A stretch of DNA of 64,000 bases. It comes from Trichinella spiralis (taxonomy: Eukaryota). Positions 10,001-23,166 of this stretch are shown piece by piece; the stretch's first letter is position 1, and every line of letters starts with the position of its first letter. Made by a program: the position numbers and the translations under genes. The notes below the pieces were generated by a model. That model was not told where the DNA came from. It did not search any database and saw nothing but the letters and a program-made list of their open reading frames with translations. The DNA lies in assembly GCF_000181795.1 (NCBI RefSeq), contig NW_003526946.1, positions 69,677 through 133,676 on the forward strand, read 5' to 3'.

Positions 10001-13000
10001 ATGAAACAGGACCTCAGCATGACTAAATTACGGTCAAGTGAACTTCTCAGCCCATTTCGATACATTGACAATTGTCCAGTGAAGTCGAGGAACAATTGAG
10101 TGGATGATAGAATTGGGTTATTGCTATAAGTGTGTGTGTGCGTGTGTGGGTAATGTGGTAAATTAGGGTGCTTTTTGATATACGAAGCCGCTCTCAGCAG
10201 GTGAGACAGCTAACTTCTTGTTCAACAGCATCCGGGGATGTGGGAAAGAAGGCCAAAAAGTAGGATATGAAAACCACAGAAAAGTTCTATTCTACTTACT
10301 TGGACTGCGCAGGTCGTCACCATCCAGGCAAGACAAGCTGCCGGCGGAAGATTCAGCACCGCTCGGCTTTTTCACACTCATTTCCGGCAGCACAACACAA
10401 CGTGGTACGGTCTTGATCGGCGGCAGGGGCGGCGGCAATTTCGACTGCGAATGCAATCTACAAAATCATCATTCAACAATACAATCATCCAACAAATCGA
10501 AATATATACTGCCACTAGTGGAAATTAAAATAAGAAAAAAAACGGGTAAAGGTATTCTCATTCATTAATTCATTCATTTTGGATTGTACATTTCCAACGA
10601 CAGCAGGCACAATTAAAATGGCAAATGTCATGTGGTAGGCTGCTGAGTGATTTGAAGCAATGCCACAAGGTCCGGCGGGGTTGCACAACCGGAGGTGCGT
10701 TACGATGCACATCGCGACACGAGTGGGAACCCACCTGGCGTTACAACTCGAGCGTCAGCTCTTTGCGACACGCGCAATCCCAACATCTAAGCAACATCTG
10801 CTGATCATCAAGCACCGCCTGAGAGCGGTTCTGTCCCGGCAGACCTGCTAATGACAACAGCTGCTCGGGGCTTGTTGTTGTCATGCGACGTGTGTCCTCA
10901 CGTGTCTGAGGTGAACGTCGATCGCCATCGGTGAGCGAAGAGGAAAAAGGAAAAATTGCGTGCAAGCATAAAATGGAGGAAATTGAAAGCCGTCCGACCC
11001 TGGCCGGCGCCACCAACACACACACACATATATGTGTGTGTGTGTATTGACCAATATCGATCAATTTTACACCAGGCGTCGGTGTCAGTTGAAAATTGAA
11101 CCCCAGAAAATAGCAGCTTCTGACCAAGGCGGATCGATATCTTTTGGAAAAGCTGAATAAACTGAAGCTCAGGCTGAATGGATTGGAACCGCATCTCGGC
11201 GCCAAATTCAAACTCCAATTTCCACGTCATTAGCCAAATGACGCTTTTGCAAATGGACGCCGAATAAATTTTGCGATCGAAATGCCAAGCCGTTTTAGCG
11301 TCGATAATTGCTTGGTGTCCGATGAATTATTGTTCGTAATGTTTTCATATTTACAATGTCGTATATATGGATATTTCCCATCTTTTACCCATCCCTTAGG
11401 AAAAAACATCTCACATGACCTCACACGTGGAGATGAGTGGAAAAAATTCACTAGATACGACAAACAATAAAAAGACTTGCTTCACCTAGTTTTCAAAATT
11501 TCAAATTAACCCCACCACCAGTTTGAGTTAGTTGAGGTGAAAAGAGAAAAAATTAGGATACACATCTAGTGGTGAAGTCAAGGTTAGACGAGAACAATTT
11601 CTCTGATGAAAAGAATATTGCTTGTTCGTGAAACCACAACCACAACAGAACAGCAGCTAGCACTGACAAACACAACATCCTGCAATCAAGTCAACCACAT
11701 CCTCCCACTGGGAATATTGTTATTTTTGAATTAGAATTGGAAAAAGCTTATTATTAACAAGAAATAAAAAACAACCATCGTAATAAACCCAGGTCGCAGT
11801 TGTGGAAATTTTATAATTCCCATTCTCATTTTTACACAATGGACTGTTGAGAAATATTAAATTTTCAGATCATTGAAATGCTTTGAAATGAACATAAAAA
11901 TTTACAATTAACCAATATTTGAGTTTGTTGAACACTAATAATAATAATAAGCTAGAAAACAGTTTTCTGTTGTTGAATGGAAAATTTTACATGATCGATA
12001 AAGTGAATGGAAAAGTATGTTAATCAATATTGAACAAAACAGAACAATCATCAATCATTGACTAGTAAGACATTTGTTAATCCCTCGAAGCGAAATTTAT
12101 ATATACATACATATATACGTTGTGTACATTTATTTATTGTTCTAATAAAATCGACTGATGACTTGAAATGAGGGAAAAGTGGAAATGATTTATGATTTTA
12201 TTATTGGATTTACAAGGTTGAGAGGTTGAAAATTTTCTCAAAAAAAAAAAAGTAAACCGCTGTTGAACAGGTGCAATAAAATAATAAGCCGAAGAAGCAG
12301 AAGTGCATTTTTGCAACAGATGCTGATCACAGTTTGCATTTCAACAGTCGAATCACACTTGTGAAACAATGGGAGAAAAAAAATTGCAAAAGCAAAATAG
12401 AAGACAAGTTCAAGAGGCCATGCCACGTTAACACCTGCTTTGATTATAGCACAGTGGTAAGCTGTGCACATAAGTGTGAGAAAGGTTCTTTGATACGTAT
12501 TTTCAGCTCATAATGGAATTTGTATTTTTATTTTTTTATGAAAAAGCCGACGCAGACAAAAAGCCAGACAGTCTGTCTGGTTTTTGAAAGTATTTTTTCC
12601 AGGTAAGCTAAGAAAACAAGTACCAGGGGCCGGACAGATTGACTGGGGTGAGTTGTTGTCACAGAGAACAAGCAAGCAGGTCAAGTTCCGTTCAATATAT
12701 ATTATATTATATGTTATCTGATTTTTAGAGTTGGCAGAGCAATAAACATCAACCAAACCAAACCGACCGACCAAATGTTGAAAATAATTTTTGCCATTAG
12801 AATAAATTGCAAATAAAAAATGTGGACCAGAGGCCAGTGAAGTGGAAATGTTCGAAAAAGTATACTGGAAACTGATAGTGGGAGGGGGGGATATGAAAAT
12901 CAACACACAATTAACGATATTGATATAAATAAATTGACGGAGATATGGATATGGATTTGCAACGTCGACAACTGCTTACTTTTTATTCTACTTTCAGTGA

Positions 13001-13726
13001 AACAGACTTACCGCTTGTTATAAACCACACTGACAAATGTTTCAATTTATCATCAATTGAACAGATCCAGATCAGTCAAGGTCAAATGTTTCTTTCATAA
13101 GAATGTGAAAATCTTTTCTAACAGATTGTGAAGAGAAAAGAAAACCAATTCACCATAGGTCAATATGTTTACACTAATATATATATATATATTATATTTT
13201 TGAAACGTTGAAACCAAGAAATAGTGTAATGTTGAAGAGATTACTTTTTATAGATATTGAAAATGATTGATAATGTAAAAATCAACTCACTTTTCATTGG
13301 AATCCAGAACAAGTTGAAAATTATCATTCGAATTCTTCAGTGCAGTTTCTGTAATCAAATCTGTGAAGAAAAGTGAACAAGTAAGATGAACAGAAAAAAA
13401 TATCCATATCAACAAGAAATCAATACTTTGACTAGTCGATGGAAATGGCGAATATGCCGCAGTGTCCATCGATAACAAACTCTTCTGTGGAGTCAATTTC
13501 AGGCTGTAGTTTATGAAAATGAATATTTAAATAAAACGATATTTTCCAAATATATGAACCTGTGCTCGGCCAAGTGCTGAGCCAACTCTGTCACTGGAGA
13601 ATGTTGATTCCCTTTCTGAATTGGCGACTCAGTACTAGTTGAAGCTTCAACTTCCGAAAGCTGATCATTTTCCAAAGAGCTGATCCACTGCTCAGTACGG
13701 CAGGCCAAAGTGGGATCCTCGTCCAT
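7086..13726 (-). CDS. cdc25: M-phase inducer phosphatase Cdc25; multi-exon
   Basis: Spliced exons give [20 protein letters not shown], catalytic loop [13 protein letters not shown] (7510-7555), [21 protein letters not shown], and [10 protein letters not shown]...FRAKSRSW ending at stop 7086. The regulatory region has SPVTELA (exon from ATG 13726), DSGFG and DEGFDD motifs. The N-terminal exon linkage is less certain than the catalytic domain. Confidence 0.92.
10300..10457 (-). CDS. Putative alternative N-terminal exon of cdc25
   Basis: TTTTGTAG acceptor, open frame [53 protein letters not shown], and a strong GTAAGT donor in phase 1 that joins the cdc25 acceptor at 8928 in frame. Confidence 0.5.
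11182..11229. promoter_or_regulatory. Putative internal cell-cycle promoter in the cdc25 intron: CDE/E2F-CHR element with two CCAAT boxes and a CRE/UPRE-like site
   Basis: CGGCGC-CAAA-TTCAAA at 11197-11212 matches BSSSSS-NNNN-TTYRAA and contains TTTGGCGC on the - strand. ATTGG at 11182, CCAAT at 11215, CCACGTCA at 11222. Confidence 0.5.
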
Positions 13727-16267
13727 CACTTGTGAGGAGATGATTGAAGCCAAAAGAAAAGTCAACAATTTTTTTCACAATTTTAAAACAACACTTGACA
13801 CTGTCGTCCCCTGATGCATGATAATTCAACAGAAAGCCAAAAGAGCGGAGAACAGGAACGCGAACGGCATACGAACAAAATGCCCAAATGAATAACCGCG
13901 AAATGTAATTGCTTACAGTAATATTTGCCTAAGGGACAACGTGTCCAACGTACTGTACGTCAATATGGGACTAGTTGAGAAAATGGTTCTGAAAAATCAA
14001 CAAATTCATCAATTGGATCAATACATTAGTAAAGTGAGAAAAAAAAACGATTATGAAAATCACATTTGGCCAACGTATATTACAGTACCCATTTCAATTC
14101 ACTCTCAAATTTGCATATTGAATGAAATTCCAATTTTGACGAAATGTATTTGTGAAATTTTTACAAAACAAAAAGCTGAGCTATTTTATTTTTTTCTCAA
14201 TTCTCTCATTTCACAGTGATCGTTGTCGAATTGATCGAAAAAGTCAAAAATCAATTGGAAAATAGATTTGTCAATTTTTACAATTGGGCTGTATTAAATT
14301 TTTCAAATCTACACGTATTGATAGTATTGAAATTTCCAATCAATTGATCTTTATAAAAATGTACCACGAAATGGATTCATCAAACGAGGAAAAGTTTACA
14401 AATGAAAAAAATACTCCGTGTTTGAAAAATGATGTAAAATTCAGAAAAGCATCATAAAAACATCGTAAATTTTCTAAATTTAGTTTTTTTTATTTAAGAA
14501 ATGAAATTTGTGTTTTATTGATAATTAGGTTTAAATTTTTATGACACGATGTTCGGTTGTGTTTCACTGATTGTTTGTCAAAGTTTCCGTTGCTACGCAT
14601 GATATATGGCGCATAATTTCAAAACGTTGAGTTCAGAAATAAAAGTAAATAATTAATTAATTAACATTTGGTTTTTTCTTCAGAAAATTTTCTCAATTTT
14701 CTTGGGGGGAGGGGTGCGTTGGAGAAGAGTTGCGAAAAGAGGATAAAAAATTTTCTGCTTCGAAAATTGATATTCATTATCATCATCAGTATGATAGATT
14801 GATGCGAGTAGTTAATTTATTGTTTCGATAAAATTTTCATAACAAATATTGATCAAGTTAAAGTTCATCGTCACGTGCAGATAACAAGAAAATAACAATA
14901 AAAATATTCTTGACACCTATATAATAATAAACACAACAACAGCTTTCGAATCTGTTTTGTTTTTTTACCCTTCTTTCATTGTTTACATTATTATTAATTA
15001 TGAATTCTATAATAAATTTCCAAATGAAAATGAACATTTTTCAGTCCAATTATCCGGGCAATTTGAGAACAAATAAATAATAAATGCGCGAAGAATTTTG
15101 TTTGCTCGTCGTCAAATTTCACGCTTGACAGTTAACAGAGATTGCAACATTGGCTTGGAAAAGGCATTTTCACCACTTTTGCAAGGTGAAAATTTGTTGT
15201 TCACACCAACAAAATTCGGTTCGTTGCGAATACAATTAATATATTCACGTATAAATATTGTTTGTTGTCTCGTTGGTTCCAAAAATCCCAAATTTGTTTT
15301 TTACTATTTCTTTGCTTGTGACAAAAAAACAAAACACATAATTTTCAACGACGTCAATGAAGAATGAAAATGTTCTGCCGGCTTGGGGGGAGAGGGGAAG
15401 TGGAAAAAGCACATGTGCTGCAAATGGTTGGGAACAAGATTTGCAAATGAGCATCGCACAGTGTGTAAAAGAAGAACAACAAAATTTCTATCCCAAGCGG
15501 AGATTTGCATAATCTCATCACCGAAACAAGCTTGACAAAGATGAAGAGAGAGAAAGAGAGAAACGTAGTTGCCGCTTCAATCGCATCTCTCACTCTGGCT
15601 CTGTCGAATTCACACGAGAAAATCATGAACATGATGGAATAAAAGAAATGATGCAATCACCATTTCATTTCATTTCATCAAAAATAGAACATTTTTCATC
15701 GTTTTTGCTCAACGTCACAAGCAATCGAAAAAAAATAACAGAACAAAACAGAATATATAAAAATAGAAGAAAAATATACAATATAAGATTCATACATACA
15801 CATATATATATATATATATTATATGTCTGTGTGCATAATACAAGGTATAAGAAAAAAAATATCAACTTTGCCAGTGATCATTTTCACAAAAAAAATTTTC
15901 ATTTTTCTATGAATATTCACATTCGGCATTTTTCAAAATTCATAAAAATAAATAATATTAGATGTAGGAAGATTAAAGAAATCGTCACACCAGGTGCGCT
16001 GTAGCAGTAACTAGATTTGGAAAAGACTGTTTTCCAATAAAAAAAAGAAGAAAAAAAACTTCAAGGCAAACCGAAAGTGTGCAAAAAATAAATACGAAAA
16101 AGAAGAGACAGACAATGAATGATCTATTATTATGATGTGCACTGAAATCTTCTGCACATGCAAAAAATGGACGGTGGACAGAGATGGTAATTTCAAAATA
16201 TCCGCTGCTGCTGCTTCAGATGTTTCGCTTTTGTGATCTTGTGTGGAAAGAGAAAGTTTGAATAATT

Positions 16268-18584
16268 TCAATAGCCGTAAGCTTTGCTTGTCGATGGATG
16301 CGGCTGGTCGTCTTTCGCAACTCGACGGCAAATTGGACAAGTACGATTACTCTTAAACAACATTAAAAATTAATTGCAAGCAATTCAAAAAACAAAGAAA
16401 GAAGAAAACCAATGTTTTCTCCTTCCCCCTCCCCCGCTGTATATATATATATATACTGCTTACTCGGAGCCATTTGTCCACACATTTACTATGGTAGCAA
16501 TGACTGCAAGGCAATTCACGCAGCAACTGACGGATTTCGAAATTGCTCAAACAAATCACGCACGAAAGCTGATTTTCATTCACTTCTTTACTTTTCGTCC
16601 CGAAGCGATAGCACGGAATTCGATCAATTTCTCAAAAATATACAATAAATAAAAAAAATTAAAGTATATGCATATATTGATGATTTGCATACCATCCCGT
16701 GTCAAACCAGAGTTTCGCATGTGCAATGATGATTCCATGAAACGCAGAAAATTCTGCGCTTCTTCTTGCAACCATTGAAAGCGCCGATCCGACCCGTCCA
16801 CGTACGAATTGAATTCCACAAAAGAAATATTGTCCGGGTTCAAATCCGGTGATGGGGACCGAGTACCGGATAAATTCGAACTATCGCTTTGTCCACCAAC
16901 ACTGTCATTCAGATACGCCTTGAAATGGAATTTAAAATGGAATTTTAAAAATTCAAACAACAACAACAACAACAGCAATACCATTTGATGGAATGATTGT
17001 TCGCCCAAAGGCACGGTTCGATTAACCGTATTCTGCACATTCACTGAGACGACGTTCACATTGGGCCGAGACAACAGCAGGCTAGCGTTAGCCGAGGCGA
17101 ACATGTTCGGCCGATGAGGCGACATCCCGCCAAACGTCAAACCGTCAAAAACTGTCCACGCTGCACCGGCACGGGCGTTGACCGCCTCCTCAAAGCTGGT
17201 GTGCGTATGAGTGTGAGATAAATGGTGCAATTGGCAAGGAGTATTTCCGCCGGTCAAACAGCACAGGGAAGGAAAAATTGAATTAACTGGCGGTTGGCTT
17301 GTTTGAGCACCAACATGCGAATGCTAAAATATTTTTCAAATAAGCAAACTATTATATATTATGCATTTGATCTACTTTAGTGTGCAGAAAAACTGTCTTA
17401 AAAATGATTACAATGCCACAGCACAAATATATCGATGAAAAATAAAAAGAAACAAAATTCAAGCAACACTTGTCAGCTATTCAACAATAACTCAAAAAAA
17501 AAGAATAATAATATGAAACAGTGAACACGTTTACATTCGACGCTCAGAAATGCACATATGGAAAAGTGAAACAGATCTATCTATTTATTGCATTATGAAT
17601 CACCATCAGTTGGCATGAAAATTGAAAGCAGAAAATAAAATATCAATACTTTTCAATTTATATTTGTTACATTTTCACATAAAATTTATACAATATCTAT
17701 AAAAAGAAAGAAAATATACAAAAAAGAAAACAATTTAACATTTTTGCATAGAATGGGAACCTGCACCCCTTCCATTCAAACGTTGTCAAGGCTTCCAACA
17801 ATAAACAGTTGGTTTCGCTGCGTCAGCTATCGCCTACGTAGTCAGCTCAAAAACTGTTCAACCCACGCAACTGCACAGTGCATTGCAACAACAACAACAA
17901 CAACAGCAACTATACTTATTCGGAATTCTTTTTAAAAATCTATTACTGCAACACAACTTTCAAATTAATAATTCATTTACATAAATCCAACCATCTGATG
18001 TGAAAATATACTGGCTAAAAGTTGTAAAGATACATATTAATTAGATGCAAAAAGCAAAAAATAAAAATAAAATACAAAACACAATACATACAGCACGATT
18101 CGGAAGCAGCAAATGACGATGGATAAGGTGATGTGTTGGACGACCATCGCAAATTCCAGCGCTTGGCAAATTACGGTTTGGCGTCGAATGGTATCGACTA
18201 ATACCATGATCGGCAGGCGCGCGACGAACTAGTGGAGCAACTCGTGGATGGAATACGTATGCAGTAGTTGATTCTCTAAAAAAAACAATAAACGCAACTT
18301 CAACTTATAGTTAAAATTAAAAATTAAACATCTGGATATTAATTTGAATAAAAAATGACAATAATTCACCTTTGAGATGTGTGCAAATGAGACTGAACGC
18401 CAATCGATGATGGATAGTTCATAGTCACATGCTCAACCGAATTTGGCAGATTAAACTGGCAAGTGCGAGTGCGAGCCGGCTCATCTGTCACTAAACTGTT
18501 CGAATGGGACAATCGACGCTTGTTAACGTTAATTTGAGTTGGTCTCGCGGCTGTTGTTGGTTCAGTTTCAGCCATTTGATTCAT
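16268..18584 (-). CDS. RING-H2 E3 ubiquitin ligase, RNF38/RNF44-like; multi-exon
   Basis: C-terminal RING-H2 CVICLSNFEIRQLLRELPCSHCYHSKCVDKWLR|SNRTCPICR preceded by GLTR...IEFRAIAS. N-terminal KRRLS motif. In-frame exons at about 18584-18370, 18275-18092 and from ~17324. Stop at 16268. Confidence 0.85.
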
Positions 18585-21500
18585 TGTCAACTGGCGTCAG
18601 ACTTATTACCTTTTTATTCTTCAACTCACCAGTTCAACCAACCCTTAAAGAAAAAAAATCACCACATGACAAGAACTTGCCAACTGAAAGCTACAAACAA
18701 TATTTTCAAATGTTATAGTCAAAGAGAAGCGCACTCGTCGGAAGTGCAACAACGTCCAATTAGCAGCATCTGCTAGTAAGCTGCAACGAAATAAACGTAC
18801 GCCTTGATTGGCCATCAAACAGATTAACGGAAATAAATAAATGCACATAAGAATAAACATGCACATGATAGTTTGCCACAAAGTGACGTAGCAGTGTGTC
18901 ATCGACCAGAAAAATATTACTGTTGCCTTGGTAAATAAAACTTCACAATAATGTGATAAGAAAGTAAAATATAAAACTAAACGTCGTTCAATTTTCTATA
19001 TATACGCAGGTGGAAAAGACGTGAACATTCTTTTTAAAAATAGAAACGTCTTTAATACGAAATTTCATCTAAAACTAAAAAAAAAACATAATGTTCATAA
19101 CAATCGAACTAAAACGTAGCAATCCAGGAAAGAATGCTGAAGATGACCTCGAAGTGAGAATAATGCGAGCCTGTGTATCCGCATAATACGACTAACTGCG
19201 CATGCGCCGCAAGTTTGTCTGGACACGCACTCAACCGGCTAACACACATATACATATATATATATATATAGAATTTGCAACAGTAAAAGAAAAATGCAAT
19301 TTCAGAAAATAAAACAATATGAATCAGAATAAAAGCTAAAAATATTTTATTCAAAAAAACAAAATTTTTCCTGTTTTATTACATTCTGATCGCCTCGTCA
19401 TTACAGATTTATGAAAACTACAATCAAATTCTGAATCAATCGAAAAATAAACAATTCTAAATCACGAAAAACATAAATACATCCTTATAATACATATCAA
19501 TGGAAAAATGATGACAATCTTCTGCCTAACTACATGTATATAGAGCTAATAGTGTTATTCCTAATACTGAACTGTCATTTGAATAATTCAGATAATTTCA
19601 AAGTATTAAAATCCTATACTTTTTGAAAGACAATAAATAATTCAACTATACTAAGATATAAAATGTTGAGCAACGCAAATAATACATCGCCTGTTAAACA
19701 AAATGAAACCTACTTTCGATACAAATTAATGAATATTTCTATAAAATAACAAAAGTAGACAATACCTGACCCGGCAGCGCAAAAATTCATGCAAATAAAT
19801 ACCACCACTAAAGACGAATGGAGAAAATTTACCCAACTACAGCAAGAACAGAAACGAAGGCAAAATATGTACTTGATTGTCAAATTTGTAAAGGAAGTGA
19901 CACATTTAATTTAAGCACAAAAAGTAATAAAAGTAATTTGTAAAAATATTAAATATTTAAAATAAAAATTAAAAATAACATATGAATTAAATTTAATTCT
20001 ACGTGTGAAACGAAACATATGAATATTTTACTCATAAAAATGATCATTCTTTAATTCGATAAAATTTGAAATTAAAAAAAAGTTATGAAATGCTTTTTTT
20101 AAATAATTTAATATATTATATTTAATTCACTAAATTTAAATTTATAAGATGATTTTTTTAAAAAACACATACTTTTCAATTCGGTACAGTGTTGCTATGT
20201 GCATTTGACCTTAACCGTCGAAAATTACTATTCTTATTGTATAAGTTAAGCTAAATTAAGCTTTAGTGGAAGAGCTCTATTTTTTGAAAAAAAGCTTAGC
20301 TTTATCATACTTACACGAAAAATAAATTAGTATGTAATTTTTTAGATATAGTTGTTAATTACAATTTTCTATGTTAATATTACGTTTATTTCACTGAAAA
20401 AATAAATTATTGCGTTATGTTAGTGAAATTGTTACAATTGTTGTTTCACGTTAAATGCAAAAATTTTGTTGTTGACCAACAAGAATATTAAATTCAAAAT
20501 TGATTGAACTTGTAAAAATGTCGAAAGCTTATAATTTTACTATTTTTGTTATGTAAATTTCCATTGATTGATTTTGATTTTAAACTATTATGATTATGAA
20601 AGCAGAACGTTTCATAGATGAAAATGCAATCTTCACTTACTTTTGATTGTTTGATTTTTGTAATTTGGTTTTGATCAGTGAAGTATTTTAAATTTATATG
20701 ACTATTCCAAATTGTCTTGTGGAAGAATTTGATTTTATGTTCAAAATTGACAAAAGACGTAAAATATGCCGCAATTCGAAATGAAATCAAGCACAGGTTC
20801 ACATAGCAAAAAGTGATGTTTTTTTGTCAAGATTTCATGGTGATACAATTAGAAAATATTTACATGTTTCGCTTATATTTTAATGAATATGCTTGAACAA
20901 ATTGATGCTTGATCAATTTGAAAAACATATATTATATGAATCATTGTTGAACGTTGAATTAATTATATACTGAAAAAAATAATATATTAAGAAGATAATC
21001 AGCAATGGTGAACAAACGAGATTGTTAGCATGTATATTTATCACACGAGTATGGCACGAGTGATTTCGTTGGAAAAAAAGAGTTTGTTTTGTGCAGAATT
21101 TCATGGTAAATATTTTTTTGAAAAATTACCTGGGAAATGATAAAACAAAATATGTCGATGATAATTTTTTTTTCATGTAAATAGTATCTCATTTATTTCA
21201 ATGGAAAGTTTTATTAAACTCCAAAGATTTCGTTATTTAAAATTAACGAAGAAGAAAAAGTTTAATCTAAAAATGTAACTTCATTGGAAAATAATTCAAT
21301 CAATATCAAGCTTGTTGTCGTGTTAGCAAAAACAACCAGTTCAGTTCAGTTAAGTTTGTTTCATAGTTGTCAGTGTTGAAATTTCAAAAAGTAAAAAAAT
21401 TTTTCAATAATAAGCATATTGTGATGTGATGGATTTCAATATTGGACAGTCAAACATGGTCATATAAATATTTAAATAAATGGCAAAAAATAATAATATG

Positions 21501-22354
21501 GCAAAGTTGAAAAAAAAGAGTTAAACTTGTTGATGACCATCGAGTTGTGCATTGATTAGCTGTCATTGATAGCAGCAACAAAGCAATATATTCAAAAATT
21601 GTCATATTTATGTTTTTCGAACTGAAACCGAGCTTTAAAATTTGATTTTCACAATTATAATAGAAAATTGTCAAGAAGCGTTTGATAATTGACGACATTT
21701 TCAAATGGAACGTCACTTTGAAAATTTGCTTATTATTTTGGTAAACATGGAAATTTTCATTTCGAATAATTTCATGAAATTCTTTTTTTGTCTTATATTG
21801 AACGTGAACAATTTTGAAAGCACATTTGTTGCATGTTATAATACTTTGATGACTATTAAGGGTTTTTGGTCGATAGTCAGCAGCGAGTGGAATTGGCTGC
21901 CATCAATCGAATATTGCTTATTTGAGAACCAGAATTTCGTCGATGGAACAAGATTTCACAGGACAAATCAGTGTCCTGATTATTTTTTCTACATTTCAAG
22001 TTTTTGAAATGATCATTTATTTACATGTGTAATAAAATTATTATAGATAAACAAATGTTATTACTTTTTGGAGACAAGTTTTGGTTTAAATTTACAAAAA
22101 AATAAAATAATTGATTTTACTTGAATAAAGAACGAGAAATGTGAATAAATTATATAATAATTGTCAAAACTAACCAACTGATCGAGCAGATACACTTTGT
22201 CGTAATGAAAACTACATCAGCTATTGGCTGATGATTGTTGGTGTCCTTTTACTTACTGTAGATGGAAAATTCCCAGTTTCGTTCTCTTCTTAAAATGGAG
22301 AACTATAACCACCACCACCACCAATACCACTACCACATTGGGTCAGTGGAACAA

Positions 22355-22355
22355 C

Positions 22356-22388
<33 letters not shown>
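22355..22388. repeat. (TAT)n trinucleotide microsatellite
   Basis: Perfect tattattat run, preceded by an (ACC)n tract at ~22308-22335. Confidence 0.85.
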
Positions 22389-22854
22389 CATTGTCTGTGG
22401 TGTAGAAGAGAGAAGGAGGCAAAACTAGCCAAGCGAAAACACTTGCCTCACGGCTAGGCCGATTTATCAAACAAAAACCAAAGAACAAGCGAACGTATTC
22501 TCTCTTCTTTCTGTTGAAATATATTCAGGCCGCTGCTATATTTGATTTTCTCAACACACTGACTGACATACGACAAAAGGCCACAAGCAAACAATACGTT
22601 TAAGATGAAAATGGAAAAAAGAAAGTATATTAACAATAAAAAAATATTATATATGTATATGTATGTATGGGGAAAATATGCAGATAATTCTTAATAAATT
22701 TTGAAAAATAAAATGATTCTTCTTGTTCAGAATAGATGGTAAATTTTCGGTGGTAATCGTAGTTGATCAACTAAACTAACTGGTCGTCGACATCTTTTTT
22801 TTTCAAATACACTTTATTGATCAGATCGCGAGCGTTATTATGATTATTATTGTT

Positions 22855-23095
22855 GTGCACGGGGTTGGCCGTGGCGTCGCGTTGCCGTGGATTGGCCTGT
22901 TGGACTACCAATCAAGGCGTATCGATTGATTGTCAACGGCCGGCAATAATCATCTCCGGCGCTGTGCGGCGCTCTACGGCGCCCACTGCGCGCGGACGCC
23001 GTGACGAACGTCGGTGTAATCAGGCCAGAGCACAGCGGACAGCAGCGCTGTGTTCACGTAGAGCAAGCGTTTTCAATACGAGCGCGTCTATACAC
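22855..23095 (+). promoter_or_regulatory. GC/CpG-rich promoter-like island upstream of the HMG gene, with CCAAT boxes
   Basis: Abrupt GC-rich patch in AT-rich flanks; ATTGG at 22891 and CCAAT at 22908. A downstream non-coding donor (TTGACG|GTAAGA, ~23551) and an acceptor at 24107 suggest a 5' UTR intron. Confidence 0.5.
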
Positions 23096-23100
23096 ATTCG

Positions 23101-23166
23101 CTGCACACTGCACTACACTGCACTACACTGCACTGCACTGCACTGCACTACACTACACTACACTAC
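23101..23166. repeat. Pentanucleotide tandem repeat (CACTR)n
   Basis: About 12 units alternating CACTG and CACTA. Confidence 0.85.

Noticed and set aside
10218..11230. GC-rich block as a transposon or retroelement fragment
   Set aside because: No terminal repeats, target-site duplication or RT/transposase motifs; better explained by cdc25-strand splice signals.
13011..13117. Exon-like segment with AG and GTAAGT boundaries in the cdc25 intron
   Set aside because: Stops in all three frames. It could be a poison exon, but nothing else supports it.
19300..22200. Short ORFs and a weak exon-like patch (~21660-21980) in the RNF/HMG spacer
   Set aside because: AT-rich F/I/K/N-biased translations; the possible splicing gives only a very short featureless peptide.
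23101..23166. Regular short repeats as a possible CRISPR-like array
   Set aside because: Simple pentamer tandem repeat with no spacers, in a eukaryotic context with no cas genes.
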